Assembly (NCBI GenBank): GCA_002238425.1
Contig: MPMJ01000004.1
Span: 37,454-101,453, forward strand
Length of the DNA: 64,000 bases
Origin: SAR202 cluster bacterium bin16
Lineage (GTDB): Bacteria > Chloroflexota > Dehalococcoidia > Lucifugimonadales > Australimonadaceae
Reading direction: 5' to 3'
In this document: positions 7,946 through 17,378 of the stretch, piece by piece
Layout of the letters: each line of letters begins with the position of its first letter
How positions within the stretch are numbered: position 1 is the stretch's first letter
Notes under the pieces: generated by a model
Database searches by the model: none
What the model saw: the letters and a program-made list of their open reading frames with translations, nothing else
Told to the model about the DNA's origin: nothing
Made by a program: the position numbers and the translations under genes

Positions 7946-9568
7946 ATGGCTAGGGTTCTCGTAGCCGACCCGATAGATGAGCTTGGCGTTGCCCGGCTGA
8001 AGGCTGCCGGGCATCACGTGGACGTCCGCAAGGGGCTCAGCGAGGACGAGCTGTGTGCCATGGTGGGCGACTACGAGGCGATGGTCGTCCGCAGCGAGAC
8101 GAAGGTCACCGAGCGCATCATCGAGCACGCCACGAGGATGGTCGGCATCGGGCGCGCGGGCGTCGGGGTCGACAACATCGACGTGGACGCGGCCACGCAG
8201 CACGGCATCGCAGTTGTGAACTCGCCGACCGGCAACACCATCGCCGCGGCCGAGCACGCGTTCGCGCTGATGATCTCGCTCGCCCGCAACATCCCGCAGG
8301 CGGATGCGTCGATGCGCCGCAGCGAGTGGACGCGGTCCCGGTTCATGGGCGTGGAGTTGCGCGGCAAGACGCTGGGCATCATCGGACTCGGTCGCGTCGG
8401 CTCCGAGGTGGCCCACCGGGCGCGCGCCTTCCAGATGCACGTCATCGCGTACGACCCGTATGTCTCGATGGAGCGGGTGCGCAGCCTTGGCGTCGAGTCG
8501 GTGCCGATGGAGCGGCTGCTCCGCGAGTCCGACTTCATCAGCATCCACACGCCGCTCACCTCCGGCACGAAGAGCCTCATCGGCGAGCCGGAGTTCGCCC
8601 TGCTCAAGCCGGGGGTCCGCATCGTGAACGCGGCACGCGGAGGACTCGTGGACGAGCGCCTGTTGCAGGAAGGACTCGCCAGCGGAAAGATCGGCGGCGC
8701 GGCGCTGGACGTGTTTCCCGTCGAGCCGCCGCAGGACCTTCCTCTTCGGGAGGAGAACCGCGTGGTGCTCACGCCGCACCTCGGCGCATCCACGGAGGAG
8801 GCGCAGGTGGAGGTGGCGCTGGAGGTGGTCGAACAGCTGAACGCCATCCTTGGCGGCGGCGCGGCGCAGTACACCATCAACATGCCGTTCGTTCCGCAGG
8901 AGGTGATGGAGGCGCTCGGCCCCTACCTGCCTGTCGCGACGGCGATGGGACGCCTCGCCATCCAGCTCGCCGATGGCCAGCTGGAGACGGTTGCGGTCCG
9001 CGTCGCGGGGGATATAGCACACCACGACATCGAGATCCTCGCGTCAGCGGCACTGGTGGGCGTGCTCAGCGTGGCGACGGACATGCGCATCAACCTCGTG
9101 AACGCCCAGGCGATGGCGCAGGAGCGCGGCATCAGGATCGTCGAGGAGAAGGACCCCGAAGGCGGCGAGCAGTACCTGAACCTCGTAGGGGTCGAAGTGC
9201 GCTCCACCGGCGGCACGGTCTACACGGCGGGGACGTCGGTGCACGGCGCGGTGCACCTGAACCGCCTCAACGACTTTACCCTCGACATGGAGCCGAGCGC
9301 GCCGTACATGCTCTTCACCACGCACACGGACCAGCCCGGCATGATCGGCAAGGTCGGCACGATAGCGGGCGAGCACGATGCGAACATCTCGTTCATGGAA
9401 GTGGGGCGCGCGGCGCCGCGCGGCGCGGCCACGATGATCGTGGGGTTCGACGATCCGGTGACGGACGCGATGCTCAGGGACATCAAGGCCATCGACGGCA
9501 TGACGACCGCGCGGCTCGTGACGTACGAGGCGTCGGAGCCGGTGCAGCCGCGGCTGCGGGGGACGTAG
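7946..9568 (+). CDS. serA: D-3-phosphoglycerate dehydrogenase, long form with ASB and ACT domains
   Basis: 540-aa ORF with a 2-hydroxyacid dehydrogenase core (GIIGLGRVGSEVAHRA, NAARGGLVDE, LTPHLGAST) and a C-terminal ACT-like regulatory region. Confidence 0.9.
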   Translation: MARVLVADPIDELGVARLKAAGHHVDVRKGLSEDELCAMVGDYEAMVVRSETKVTERIIEHATRMVGIGRAGVGVDNIDVDAATQHGIAVVNSPTGNTIAAAEHAFALMISLARNIPQADASMRRSEWTRSRFMGVELRGKTLGIIGLGRVGSEVAHRARAFQMHVIAYDPYVSMERVRSLGVESVPMERLLRESDFISIHTPLTSGTKSLIGEPEFALLKPGVRIVNAARGGLVDERLLQEGLASGKIGGAALDVFPVEPPQDLPLREENRVVLTPHLGASTEEAQVEVALEVVEQLNAILGGGAAQYTINMPFVPQEVMEALGPYLPVATAMGRLAIQLADGQLETVAVRVAGDIAHHDIEILASAALVGVLSVATDMRINLVNAQAMAQERGIRIVEEKDPEGGEQYLNLVGVEVRSTGGTVYTAGTSVHGAVHLNRLNDFTLDMEPSAPYMLFTTHTDQPGMIGKVGTIAGEHDANISFMEVGRAAPRGAATMIVGFDDPVTDAMLRDIKAIDGMTTARLVTYEASEPVQPRLRGT

Positions 9569-9619
9569 GATTCGCAGTACCATCTAAGGCAGCGACCTGA
9601 CTCCTCATAGGAGGAACTA

Positions 9620-9838
9620 ATGTCTGAAGCCGAGATCATCTTTCAAGTGAGTGAGGATGAGGTGGACGGCGGGTACACAGCCAGCGCACTGGGGTACGGC
9701 ATCCACACGGAGGGCGATTCCCTGGAAGAGATTCGCCGCAACGTCAAAGAGGCTGTTGAGTGTTACTTTGACGACACCATGCGGCGCCCTCGACTAATCC
9801 GGCTGCATTTCGTACGTGAAGAAGTCCTGGTCGCGTGA
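9620..9838 (+). CDS. hicB: HicB-like antitoxin (short form)
   Basis: 72-aa ORF (..GGYTASALGYGIHTEGDSLEEIRRNVKEAVECYFDD) with a 4-nt GTGA overlap onto the downstream HicA gene. Confidence 0.65.
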   Translation: MSEAEIIFQVSEDEVDGGYTASALGYGIHTEGDSLEEIRRNVKEAVECYFDDTMRRPRLIRLHFVREEVLVA

Positions 9839-10077
9839 GGTTGCCTCGCGACGTGAGCGGCGCTGCCTTGCAGGCATCGCTTCGACGGTTGGGCTACGAA
9901 TCGGTGCGGCAACGCGGTTCTCATGTGCGCATCACGACACAGGTCAACGGCGAGCATCACGAGGTGATTCCTCAGCACAACCCCATCAAGGCAAGTACGC
10001 TGTTGAGCATCTTGAAGAGCGTCGCGCGGCACCACGAAATGAGTGTCGACGAACTCCTGAGCTTGCTGGACCTGTGA
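9835..10077 (+). CDS. hicA: HicA-family toxin
   Basis: LQASLRRLGYESVRQRGSHVRITTQ..HEVIPQHNPIKASTLLSILKSVA is a HicA/YcfA signature. Confidence 0.75.
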   Translation: MRLPRDVSGAALQASLRRLGYESVRQRGSHVRITTQVNGEHHEVIPQHNPIKASTLLSILKSVARHHEMSVDELLSLLDL

Positions 10078-10095
10078 AGCCGAGACACGCCCAAT

Positions 10096-10134
10096 CACCC
10101 CCATCCTAGCCTTCCCCCATCAAGGGGGAAGGGA
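10096..10134 (+). repeat. Family A REP-like hairpin repeat
   Basis: cacccccatcctagccttcccccatcaagggggaaggga, lying 19 nt after the hicA stop. Confidence 0.85.
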
Positions 10135-10234
10135 TTAGACAACCCGACATGGGCGGGCGTTCTTGTCCGTGCTCTCCCCTCGTGCTACGATGCGGCACAC
10201 CGTTCGTTAGGAATTTCACGAACAGACGCTGCCC

Positions 10235-10777
10235 ATGACGACCACATCCAGACCGCATGGCGCTCCCGATGACGCATCACCCGGCTCCCTGCGCGAACGC
10301 GCGCGCAGGGCCATAGAGGAGCAGCCCTCGCCCACGGTCACGGTGCTCTCGTCGCTGCTCGCCGCCCAGGACGAATTGGGGTATCTCCCGTACGAGGCCA
10401 TCGACGAGGTCTCGATGTGCACCGGTTCGAGCGTCAACGAGGTCTGGGCGGTCGCGTCGTTCTACCCCAACTTCCGGTTCACGCCTCCGGCCCGCCACTC
10501 GGTCGAGATCTGCTGGGGGCCGACGTGCCACGTGCTCGGGGCGCAGCCCATCCTGCAGGGAATCGTGAGCCACCTCGGCCTCGACGGGGAGGGCGATACC
10601 GAGGATGGGAGCATCTCGCTGAAGTACAACACCTGCCTGGGCGTCTGTCCGCACGCTCCCGCAATGAGCTTCGACCACGAGCTGGCCGGACGCATGTCGC
10701 TCGATGAGGCGGTGAGCCGCGTCGAGCGCATCAGGTCGGGGGATGATGGAGCTGATGGGAGGACGAGCCGTGGGTAA
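10235..10777 (+). CDS. NuoE/HoxE-like thioredoxin-fold [2Fe-2S] subunit (24-kDa type)
   Basis: Cysteine pattern ICWGPTCHVLG ... YNTCLGVCPHAPAM is typical of NuoE, FdsG and HoxE. Confidence 0.85.
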   Translation: MTTTSRPHGAPDDASPGSLRERARRAIEEQPSPTVTVLSSLLAAQDELGYLPYEAIDEVSMCTGSSVNEVWAVASFYPNFRFTPPARHSVEICWGPTCHVLGAQPILQGIVSHLGLDGEGDTEDGSISLKYNTCLGVCPHAPAMSFDHELAGRMSLDEAVSRVERIRSGDDGADGRTSRG

Positions 10778-10809
10778 TCGTCGGCAGACCTCGCTTCCCT
10801 CCACCCGCA

Positions 10810-10850
10810 GTACCCTCACCCTAACCCTCTCCCCTTGTAGGGAGAGGGGA
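10810..10850 (+). repeat. Family B REP-like hairpin repeat
   Basis: gtaccctcaccctaaccctctccccttgtagggagagggga, between the nuoE-like and nuoF-like genes. Confidence 0.85.
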
Positions 10851-10882
10851 TCAGGCACAGGTCCAGCAAGGGAGCAGCAGGC

Positions 10883-12710
10883 GTGACGGAGGCGTACGAG
10901 GCCCTCGCGAAGCGCGCCTCGGCGCGGTGGGACGAACTGCACGCCAGGCCCTGGGTGCGCGTCGGGACGGGCCTGATGGGCGAGGCCGTGGGCGCGCTCG
11001 AAGTGCTTGCGGCGGTGCGGGAAGCCGTCGAAAAGGCAGGCGTCGAGGCGACCATCTCCGAGGTGGGCACGACCGGGCTGTGCTACGCGGAGCCGATCGT
11101 GGACGTCCACGTGCCGGACCGCCCCCGTGTGCGCTATGGGAACGTCCGGCCCGAGCAGGTCGAGGCCATCGTGCAGCGACACGTCATTGGCGGTGAGCCA
11201 GTGACGGAGCTCGCGCTCGCGAGCGTCGATTCGAACGTTCCGGGCGTCCCGCGTTTCGAGCAGCTGCCGATGATGCAGGGACAGGTGCGCGTCGCGCTGC
11301 GCAACGCGGGGGAGATCGACCCGACCGACATCGACCAGTACGTCGCGCGGGGCGGCTTCTCCGGGCTGGACAAGGCGCTGACGTCGCTCACGACGGAGCA
11401 GACGCTGGACGAGGTGAAGAACTCCGGCCTGCGCGGCCGCGGTGGCGCGGCGTTCTCGACCGGCATGAAGTGGGGCTTCCTCGCGGGGAACCCCGCGCCG
11501 CAGAAGTACATCCTCTGCAACTGCGAGGAGGGCGACCCCGGCGCGTTCAACGACAAGACGATCCTGGAGTCGGACCCGTTCACGCTCGTGGAGGGCTGCA
11601 TCATCGCGGGCTACGCGACGGGTGCGAGCAACGGCATCGTCTTCATCCGGCACGGCCACGATTCCCCGATAGACCGCACCCGCGCCGCGATACAGGCGTG
11701 CTACGACAACGGCGTGCTCGGGCCCAGCGTCCTCGGCACGGAGTTCTCGTTCGACATGGAAGTCTCGCTCGTCGGTGAGTCGTACGTCGCGGGCGAGGAG
11801 ACGGCGCTGATGGAGGCGATAGAGGGCAAGCGTTCCATGCCGCGGTTCCGACCTCCGTTCCCGGCGGCCTACGGCGTGTGGGGCAGGCCGTCCAACATCA
11901 ACAACATCAAGACGCTCAGCTACGCGCCGGAGATCGTGCGTCGCGGCGCGGAGTGGTTCTCGAGCATCGGCACCGAGAAGAGCACAGGCACGGCCATCGC
12001 CTGCCTCTCCGGCGACATCCGCTACCCGGGTCTCGTCGAGGTGCCGTTCGGCCTGACGGTCCACGACATCATCGAGGGGATGGGCGGCGGCGAGCCGAAC
12101 GGCAAGGCGCTGAAGTTCCTGCAGACCGGCGGGGGGGGCCGCCGGCGGGGGGCCGGCGGGGGGGGGCGGGCGGGGGGGGCCGCTCCGCCCGCGGGGGCCG
12201 GCGGAGCAGTTCGACATGGTGCTCGACTTCGACGCGATGGTCGCGGCGGGCGCGATGTTCGGCTCAGGCGGCCTCATCGTCTGCAACGAGGAGCGTTCGG
12301 TCGTCGACCTCACGCGCACGCTCGTCGCGTTCGATCAGATGGAGTCGTGCGGGAAGTGTTTCCCGTGCAGGCTCGGCATGAGCCACATCCTGGAGATACT
12401 GGAGCGCATCGCGGACGGGAAGGGGCGCAGCAGCGACATGGACCTGATGGAGCGCGTCGGCGTGAACATGCGCGGAGGTTCGCTCTGCGGTCACGGGCAA
12501 CTGGGGTACAACCCCGTGGCGAGCGCGGTGCGCTTCTTCGGCAGCGAGTTCGAGGCGCAACTGGAGGACGGCGCGCCATCCCTGGCTTCGTTCGTGGGGC
12601 CGAAGTCCACGCGGCGCGGTGCGCAGATGTCGGGCGACACGCCGACGGCGTCGGTGAAGCCGGACTTCGTGATGCACATCGAGGCTGCGGGGGCAGCACC
12701 CCCATCCTAG
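10883..12710 (+). pseudogene. NuoF/HoxF/FdsB-like NADH-binding FMN/[4Fe-4S] flavoprotein, reading frame broken at 12131-12200
   Basis: The N-part in frame 2 (GLRGRGGAAFSTGMKW, CNCEEGDPGAF, YVAGEETALMEAIEG) runs up to ..ALKFLQTGG. The C-part in frame 0 (EQFDMVLDFDAMVAAGAMFGSGG...ESCGKCFPCRLG...SLCGHG) ends at 12710. The listed 650-aa ORF tail after 12130 is Gly/Arg nonsense. Confidence 0.75.
12131..12197 (+). repeat. G-run tract (runs of 8, 6, 9, 3, 8 and 5 G) inside the nuoF-like gene
   Basis: ggggggggccgccggcggggggccggcgggggggggcgggcggggggggccgctccgcccgcggggg. Removing 43 nt (12134-12176) restores one continuous frame. Confidence 0.8.
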
Positions 12711-12735
12711 CCTTCCCCCATCAAGGGGGAAGGGA
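12697..12735 (+). repeat. Family A REP-like hairpin repeat, contains the stop codon of the nuoF-like gene
   Basis: The TAG at 12708-12710 lies inside the repeat head catcctagcc. Confidence 0.85.
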
Positions 12736-12851
12736 CCGAACCGGTGAACAGGAACCGGACGGGAGGCAGAGACCGAGCAGAGGGCATAGGCGGACGAGGG
12801 ACGGGAACCGGACAGAGGCAAGGAACGAAGGGTAGGCGAACCAGGCAGGAC

Positions 12852-15707
12852 ATGGCTGACGAGATTACGATCACGATAGACGGGCAGGAGGTCACGACGA
12901 CCCCCGGCAAGATGGTGGTGCAGGCCGCCAACGACGCCGGCATCTACGTGCCGTACCTCTGCTACCACCCCGGCATGAAGCCGTACGGCGCGTGCCGCAT
13001 GTGCGTCGTCGAGGTCGAGGGTCAGCGCGGTACGCCTGCGTCCTGCACGTTGCCGGTCCGCGACGGCATGGTCGTGAACACCAAGGGCGACGAGGCAGTG
13101 AAGGTGCGGGACACGACGCTTGACCTGCTGCTGTCGGAACATCCACACGGATGCTTGACATGCCACCGGATAGACCTGTGCGGCCCGCAGGACATCTGCC
13201 TGCGGCACGTGGATGTGGTCGACCGGTGCGTGACCTGCCCGAAGAACGAGCGCTGCGAACTGAAGGACACCACGCGCTTCCACCCGCAGGAGCTGGTCTC
13301 CCCGCTCACGTACCAGTACCGCAACCTGCAGGTGGAGACGAAGGACCCGTTCTACGACCGCGACTACAACCTCTGCATCGTCTGCGCGCGCTGCACGCGG
13401 GCGTGCGACGAACTGCGCGGCGACGTTGCGATAGGCATGACCGAGCGCGCGGGACAGGTGCTCGTCGGCACGGTGATGGGCGACTCGCTCCTCGAGTCCG
13501 GCTGCGAGTTCTGCGGCGCGTGCATCGATGTCTGCCCGGTGGGCGCGCTCACGGAGACCTCCTACAAGTGGGAGCGTCCGGCGCGCGTCGAGCAGTCGGT
13601 CTGCGCCGAGTGTCCCGTCGGCTGCACGATGACCTACGAGGTCAACCACTGGGAGCGGGTCGTGCGCGCGGTGCCGGAGCTGAACTCCCCGGCGAACATG
13701 GGGCAGGCGTGCTTCCAGGGCAAGTTCGGGTTCGAGTACGTCAACGACAAGCGCCGCATCCGGAAGCCGCTCGTGCGCCGGGACGGCGAGCTGCAGGAGG
13801 CCACGTGGGACGAGGCGATAGCCGCCGCGGCCGAGGGGCTTGCGCAGTACAAGGGCTCGACGTTCGCGCTCATGGCGAACCCTCGCAACACCAACGAGGA
13901 GCTCTACGCCGCGCAGAAGTTCGCGCGCGCCGTCATGGGCTCGAACAGCGTCGACGTGGCGTCGAACGACCGCCCCGGCACGGTCGAGGGACTGCAGGAC
14001 GTGTTCGGCTACTTCGCCGGTACGATGACCACGTGGGAGCTTGCCGACTCCGCCGCCGTCATGGTGGTGAGCGCGAACCTCACTGAGGAGCAGAACGTCA
14101 TCGGCGTGCCGATCAAGCGGGCGGTCCGCAACGGTACGCAGCAGCTCATCGTCATCGACTCGCGCGAGGTCGAGCTGACGCGGTATGCGTCGCTCTGGCT
14201 GAGGCCGTACCCGGGCACCGACCCCGTCCTGCTCGGCGGGCTGCTGCGCTGCATCGTCGACAACGGGCTGGCGGACATGGAGTTCGTCAACGAGCGCGCG
14301 GAGGGCTGGGACGAACTGGCCGCCTGCCTCGCACCGTTCACGCTGGACGCGGTCGCCGCTGAGACCGGCGTGTCCGCGGCAAGCATCGAAGAGGCAGCGC
14401 GCGTCTACGCCGGGTCTGGCGCCTCGGCGCTGCTGCTGGGCGGCGACGGTTCAGTCGGCGGCACGCGGCGGACGATGTCGCGGATGGCTGCCGGGCTCGC
14501 CATCGCCACGGGCAACGTGGGCAAGCGCGGCGCGGGCGTCATGCCGCTCTACCAGGGCGCGAACGGGCAGGGCGCGTGGGACATGGGCATCTGGCCGGGA
14601 GCGACGCCCGGTCACAACCTCATCCAGGAAACGCCGGAGGCCCGCGAGGCGCTCGGCGCGCTCTGGGGCGCTCCCGTGCCGCTGGAGATCGGCTCAGGCA
14701 ACCGTCACATGTTCGACCGGGCTCGCGAAGGCGCGATCAAGGCGATGCTCGTGCTGGACGACCACGTCCACTACGAGGACGGCACGCTCGGCGATGTGAC
14801 GGGCGGGCTCGATGCGCTGGAGTTCCTCGTGGCAACGAGCGCGTTCCCGTCGGCGGTCACGGAACGGGCGGACGTCGTCTTTCCCGCCGAGGTATGGGCC
14901 GAGAAGACGGGCACGTACACGAACATCGAGCGTCGTGTGCAACCGCTCCGCAAGGTGGCGAAGAACAAGCGCGTCGACTCGCGGAGCGACCTCGACGTGG
15001 TCTGCGCCATCGCGGGCGCGATGGGAGCGCGGGGCTTCTCGTGGGACGGCCCGGCGCAGGTACTCGACGAGATAGGGCAGGCCGTGCCCGAGTACGCCGG
15101 CATCTCCTGGGAGCGCCTGCTTCGCGAGCGGCTCGACATCGTGACGACTCCCAGTGATGAACCGCAACCGACGCAGGTGATGTACACAGGCAACGTGCTC
15201 ACCGGCCTCCAGTGGCCGTGTGCGGCCGAGGGTTCGGCAGATGAACCTGAGATGTTCGTAAGCCGGTTCCGGCACGGCAAGGCGCAGTTGCAACCCGTCG
15301 CGTGGCACCCGCGCCCCACAGCCGGTGCGGAGTTCCCGCTGATGCTTGCGCATGGGCGTGTGCTCCTGGAGCCGGGCCGCAAGCCGAACGTGACGGTGGT
15401 CGGCAAGCGCAACCGTGTGGAGCGCGAGGAGCGCTTCGTACTCAACCCCGCGGACGCCGCCGCGGCCAGGCTCGGCGAGGGCGACGCGGCCTCGGTGACG
15501 ACGGCTGACGGCAGCGAGCGTCGCGGCGTGGTCGCGCTCTCGGACGCCGTGCCCGCGGGCGTGGTGTCGCTGACGACGCTCTTCGGCGAGTTGGCGGTCG
15601 AGGTCGACTCCTCCGACCGCCCTGACCCCATGAATCACATCGCCCGGCTGAACGCCGTGCCGGTACGTATCGCGGCCACGTCCCACGCCGGTTCACCCTC
15701 ACCCTAG
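12852..15707 (+). CDS. NuoG/FdhA-like molybdopterin-oxidoreductase-family subunit with N-terminal [2Fe-2S]/[4Fe-4S] domains
   Basis: ORF 12744..15707 trimmed to ATG 12852 (MADEITITIDGQEVTTTPGKMVVQAANDAGIYVPYLCYHPG..GACRMCVVEV). Fe-S cysteine clusters are followed by MopB and C-terminal beta-barrel-like regions. Confidence 0.85.
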   Translation: MADEITITIDGQEVTTTPGKMVVQAANDAGIYVPYLCYHPGMKPYGACRMCVVEVEGQRGTPASCTLPVRDGMVVNTKGDEAVKVRDTTLDLLLSEHPHGCLTCHRIDLCGPQDICLRHVDVVDRCVTCPKNERCELKDTTRFHPQELVSPLTYQYRNLQVETKDPFYDRDYNLCIVCARCTRACDELRGDVAIGMTERAGQVLVGTVMGDSLLESGCEFCGACIDVCPVGALTETSYKWERPARVEQSVCAECPVGCTMTYEVNHWERVVRAVPELNSPANMGQACFQGKFGFEYVNDKRRIRKPLVRRDGELQEATWDEAIAAAAEGLAQYKGSTFALMANPRNTNEELYAAQKFARAVMGSNSVDVASNDRPGTVEGLQDVFGYFAGTMTTWELADSAAVMVVSANLTEEQNVIGVPIKRAVRNGTQQLIVIDSREVELTRYASLWLRPYPGTDPVLLGGLLRCIVDNGLADMEFVNERAEGWDELAACLAPFTLDAVAAETGVSAASIEEAARVYAGSGASALLLGGDGSVGGTRRTMSRMAAGLAIATGNVGKRGAGVMPLYQGANGQGAWDMGIWPGATPGHNLIQETPEAREALGALWGAPVPLEIGSGNRHMFDRAREGAIKAMLVLDDHVHYEDGTLGDVTGGLDALEFLVATSAFPSAVTERADVVFPAEVWAEKTGTYTNIERRVQPLRKVAKNKRVDSRSDLDVVCAIAGAMGARGFSWDGPAQVLDEIGQAVPEYAGISWERLLRERLDIVTTPSDEPQPTQVMYTGNVLTGLQWPCAAEGSADEPEMFVSRFRHGKAQLQPVAWHPRPTAGAEFPLMLAHGRVLLEPGRKPNVTVVGKRNRVEREERFVLNPADAAAARLGEGDAASVTTADGSERRGVVALSDAVPAGVVSLTTLFGELAVEVDSSDRPDPMNHIARLNAVPVRIAATSHAGSPSP

Positions 15708-15731
15708 CCCTCTCCCCTCAAGGGAGAGGGG
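15692..15731 (+). repeat. Family B REP-like hairpin repeat, contains the stop codon of the nuoG-like gene
   Basis: The TAG at 15705-15707 lies in the repeat head caccctcaccctagcc. Confidence 0.85.
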
Positions 15732-15760
15732 ATCAAACGACGCCGCAGTAACGGAGGAAC

Positions 15761-16510
15761 ATGACTCAAGCGCAGGACCGTCTGGCGAATCTGCCGCGTG
15801 CATACGTGGCGAAGAAACAGGAAGTGGCGGAAGACCTTTTCCTGTTGTGGCTCCGTCCCGATGAGCCGTTCCGCTTCAAACCCGGCCAGTACATCACGAT
15901 AGGGACGGGCGGGATCGAGCGCCCGTACTCGATAGCGTCCGCGCCGTACGAGTCGCTCATCGAGCTGTTCATCGAATACGTGCTGCCGGAGTATGGCGGG
16001 AAGCTCACGCCGTTGCTCTGGAACCTGCACGTGGGGGACTCGGTCTCCATGCGCCCGCGCGCCAAGGGGCTGTTCGTCTTCCAGCCGCAGTTCCATCACC
16101 ACCTCATGCTGGGGACCGTGACGGGCGTCGCGCCTTTCGTGAGCATGATCCGCCAGGCGCTGAAGGACAACATCCGCGGCCATCACTTCTACGTGATGGA
16201 GGGCGCCAGCCATCAGGACGAGTTCGTCTACGACTCCGAGCTGCTCCGGCTCGCCGAGCGCATGCCCGAAGTCGTGACCTTCGTGACGACGGTGAGCCGC
16301 CCGCAGGCTGAGCGCAACCGCAGCTGGAACGGCCCCACCGGACGGGTGAACACGCTCGTCGAGGAGTACATGCAGCGCTGGAGCCTGCCGAAGGAAGACA
16401 CCGCCATCTACCTCTGCGGCAACCCCGGCATGATCGAGGACGTGAAAGATCGCCTCGCCGGGCAGGACTGGAACCTCTACGAGGAGCGCTTCTGGAAGGA
16501 AGACGAGTAG
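15761..16510 (+). CDS. Ferredoxin-NADP+ reductase-type flavoprotein (FAD/NAD(P)-binding)
   Basis: Carries the RPYSIAS FAD-binding motif, the GTGVAPF NAD(P) motif and a YLCGNPGM tail. Confidence 0.85.
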   Translation: MTQAQDRLANLPRAYVAKKQEVAEDLFLLWLRPDEPFRFKPGQYITIGTGGIERPYSIASAPYESLIELFIEYVLPEYGGKLTPLLWNLHVGDSVSMRPRAKGLFVFQPQFHHHLMLGTVTGVAPFVSMIRQALKDNIRGHHFYVMEGASHQDEFVYDSELLRLAERMPEVVTFVTTVSRPQAERNRSWNGPTGRVNTLVEEYMQRWSLPKEDTAIYLCGNPGMIEDVKDRLAGQDWNLYEERFWKEDE

Positions 16511-16511
16511 C

Positions 16512-16865
16512 GTGAGGTCGGCTAGGACCGCGGCGGGAGTTGGCCTGGCGGTCCTCGTTCTGGCAGTTGTCGCCGTATGGGCGGCGCTGCAGTTATTGCC
16601 GCCGAGCTTCTGTGACCTTGTCCTAGCGTTAGACGCTGCGTTTGATATTGGGGAGAACATTCGGGATGCGGTGGAGGACTTCTGGGGACAAGTGACGGAC
16701 GAGATGGTGGCTGGGTTGCCGCATGAGCTCCGGGTACCTGCGGAAGTGCTTGTGGCGGCTATCGAGGCAGCATTGGCATTGCCAAGCTTGATTGCAGATC
16801 TTCTATTTGATCGCATCGACCCCGCGTTGGATGCGGCGGCCACTGCGTGCCGAGCGGTAGGTTAG
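16512..16865 (+). CDS. Hypothetical membrane-anchored protein
   Basis: 117-aa ORF with a GTG start 1 nt after the FNR stop and an N-terminal hydrophobic helix (AAGVGLAVLVLAVVAVWAAL). I recognise no family, and the region is lower in GC. Confidence 0.35.
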   Translation: MRSARTAAGVGLAVLVLAVVAVWAALQLLPPSFCDLVLALDAAFDIGENIRDAVEDFWGQVTDEMVAGLPHELRVPAEVLVAAIEAALALPSLIADLLFDRIDPALDAAATACRAVG

Positions 16866-16924
16866 GTGGTGGGAGAGGCGCCTAGTCGCTAGACTGCAGG
16901 CGCAGCCGTCTGGAAGGAGTCGCT

Positions 16925-17374
16925 ATGGAAGTCAAGGAACTCGGTCATGTTGTTCTGTTCGTCGCGGATGTCGAACGCTCGCGGCACTTCTACACGGACG
17001 TCCTCGGCTTTCACGAGTTGCACCGCGAGGGCCAGCGCCCGAATACCGCGATGTACTCCACGGGGCGGACGCACCATGAGCTCTACCTGATGCAGGTGGG
17101 CGAGGACGCGCAGCCTATCCCGGCGGGGAAGCGGCTGGGCCTGTACCACATCGGGATCAAGATCGGCACGACGGATGAAGAGTTGCAGACCGCACTCGCG
17201 GAGCTGCAGGAGGCGGGGGTCCGCGTCGTGGGCCACAACGACCACGGCCACACGCACAGCCTGTACATCCTCGACCCGGACGGCAACGAGATCGAGCTGT
17301 ACATCGACGTGCAGCCGGAGACGTGGCGCGAGGAGCTCGCGCAGGTGGTGCCGCCTCTGCCTGCGCTGCGGTAG
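16925..17374 (+). CDS. VOC-family (glyoxalase / extradiol dioxygenase-like) protein
   Basis: ELGHVVLFVADVERSRHFYTDVLGF...LYHIGIKI...HSLYILDPDGNEIELY is the typical paired beta-alpha-beta-beta-beta VOC pattern. Confidence 0.85.
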   Translation: MEVKELGHVVLFVADVERSRHFYTDVLGFHELHREGQRPNTAMYSTGRTHHELYLMQVGEDAQPIPAGKRLGLYHIGIKIGTTDEELQTALAELQEAGVRVVGHNDHGHTHSLYILDPDGNEIELYIDVQPETWREELAQVVPPLPALR

Positions 17375-17378
17375 GGGC

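Noticed and set aside
10883-12835. 650-aa ORF taken at face value as an intact NuoF-like protein.
   Set aside because: After residue ~415 the translation becomes Gly/Arg nonsense. The genuine C-terminal [4Fe-4S] domain is in another frame (12204-12710), so the long ORF is a frameshift artefact.
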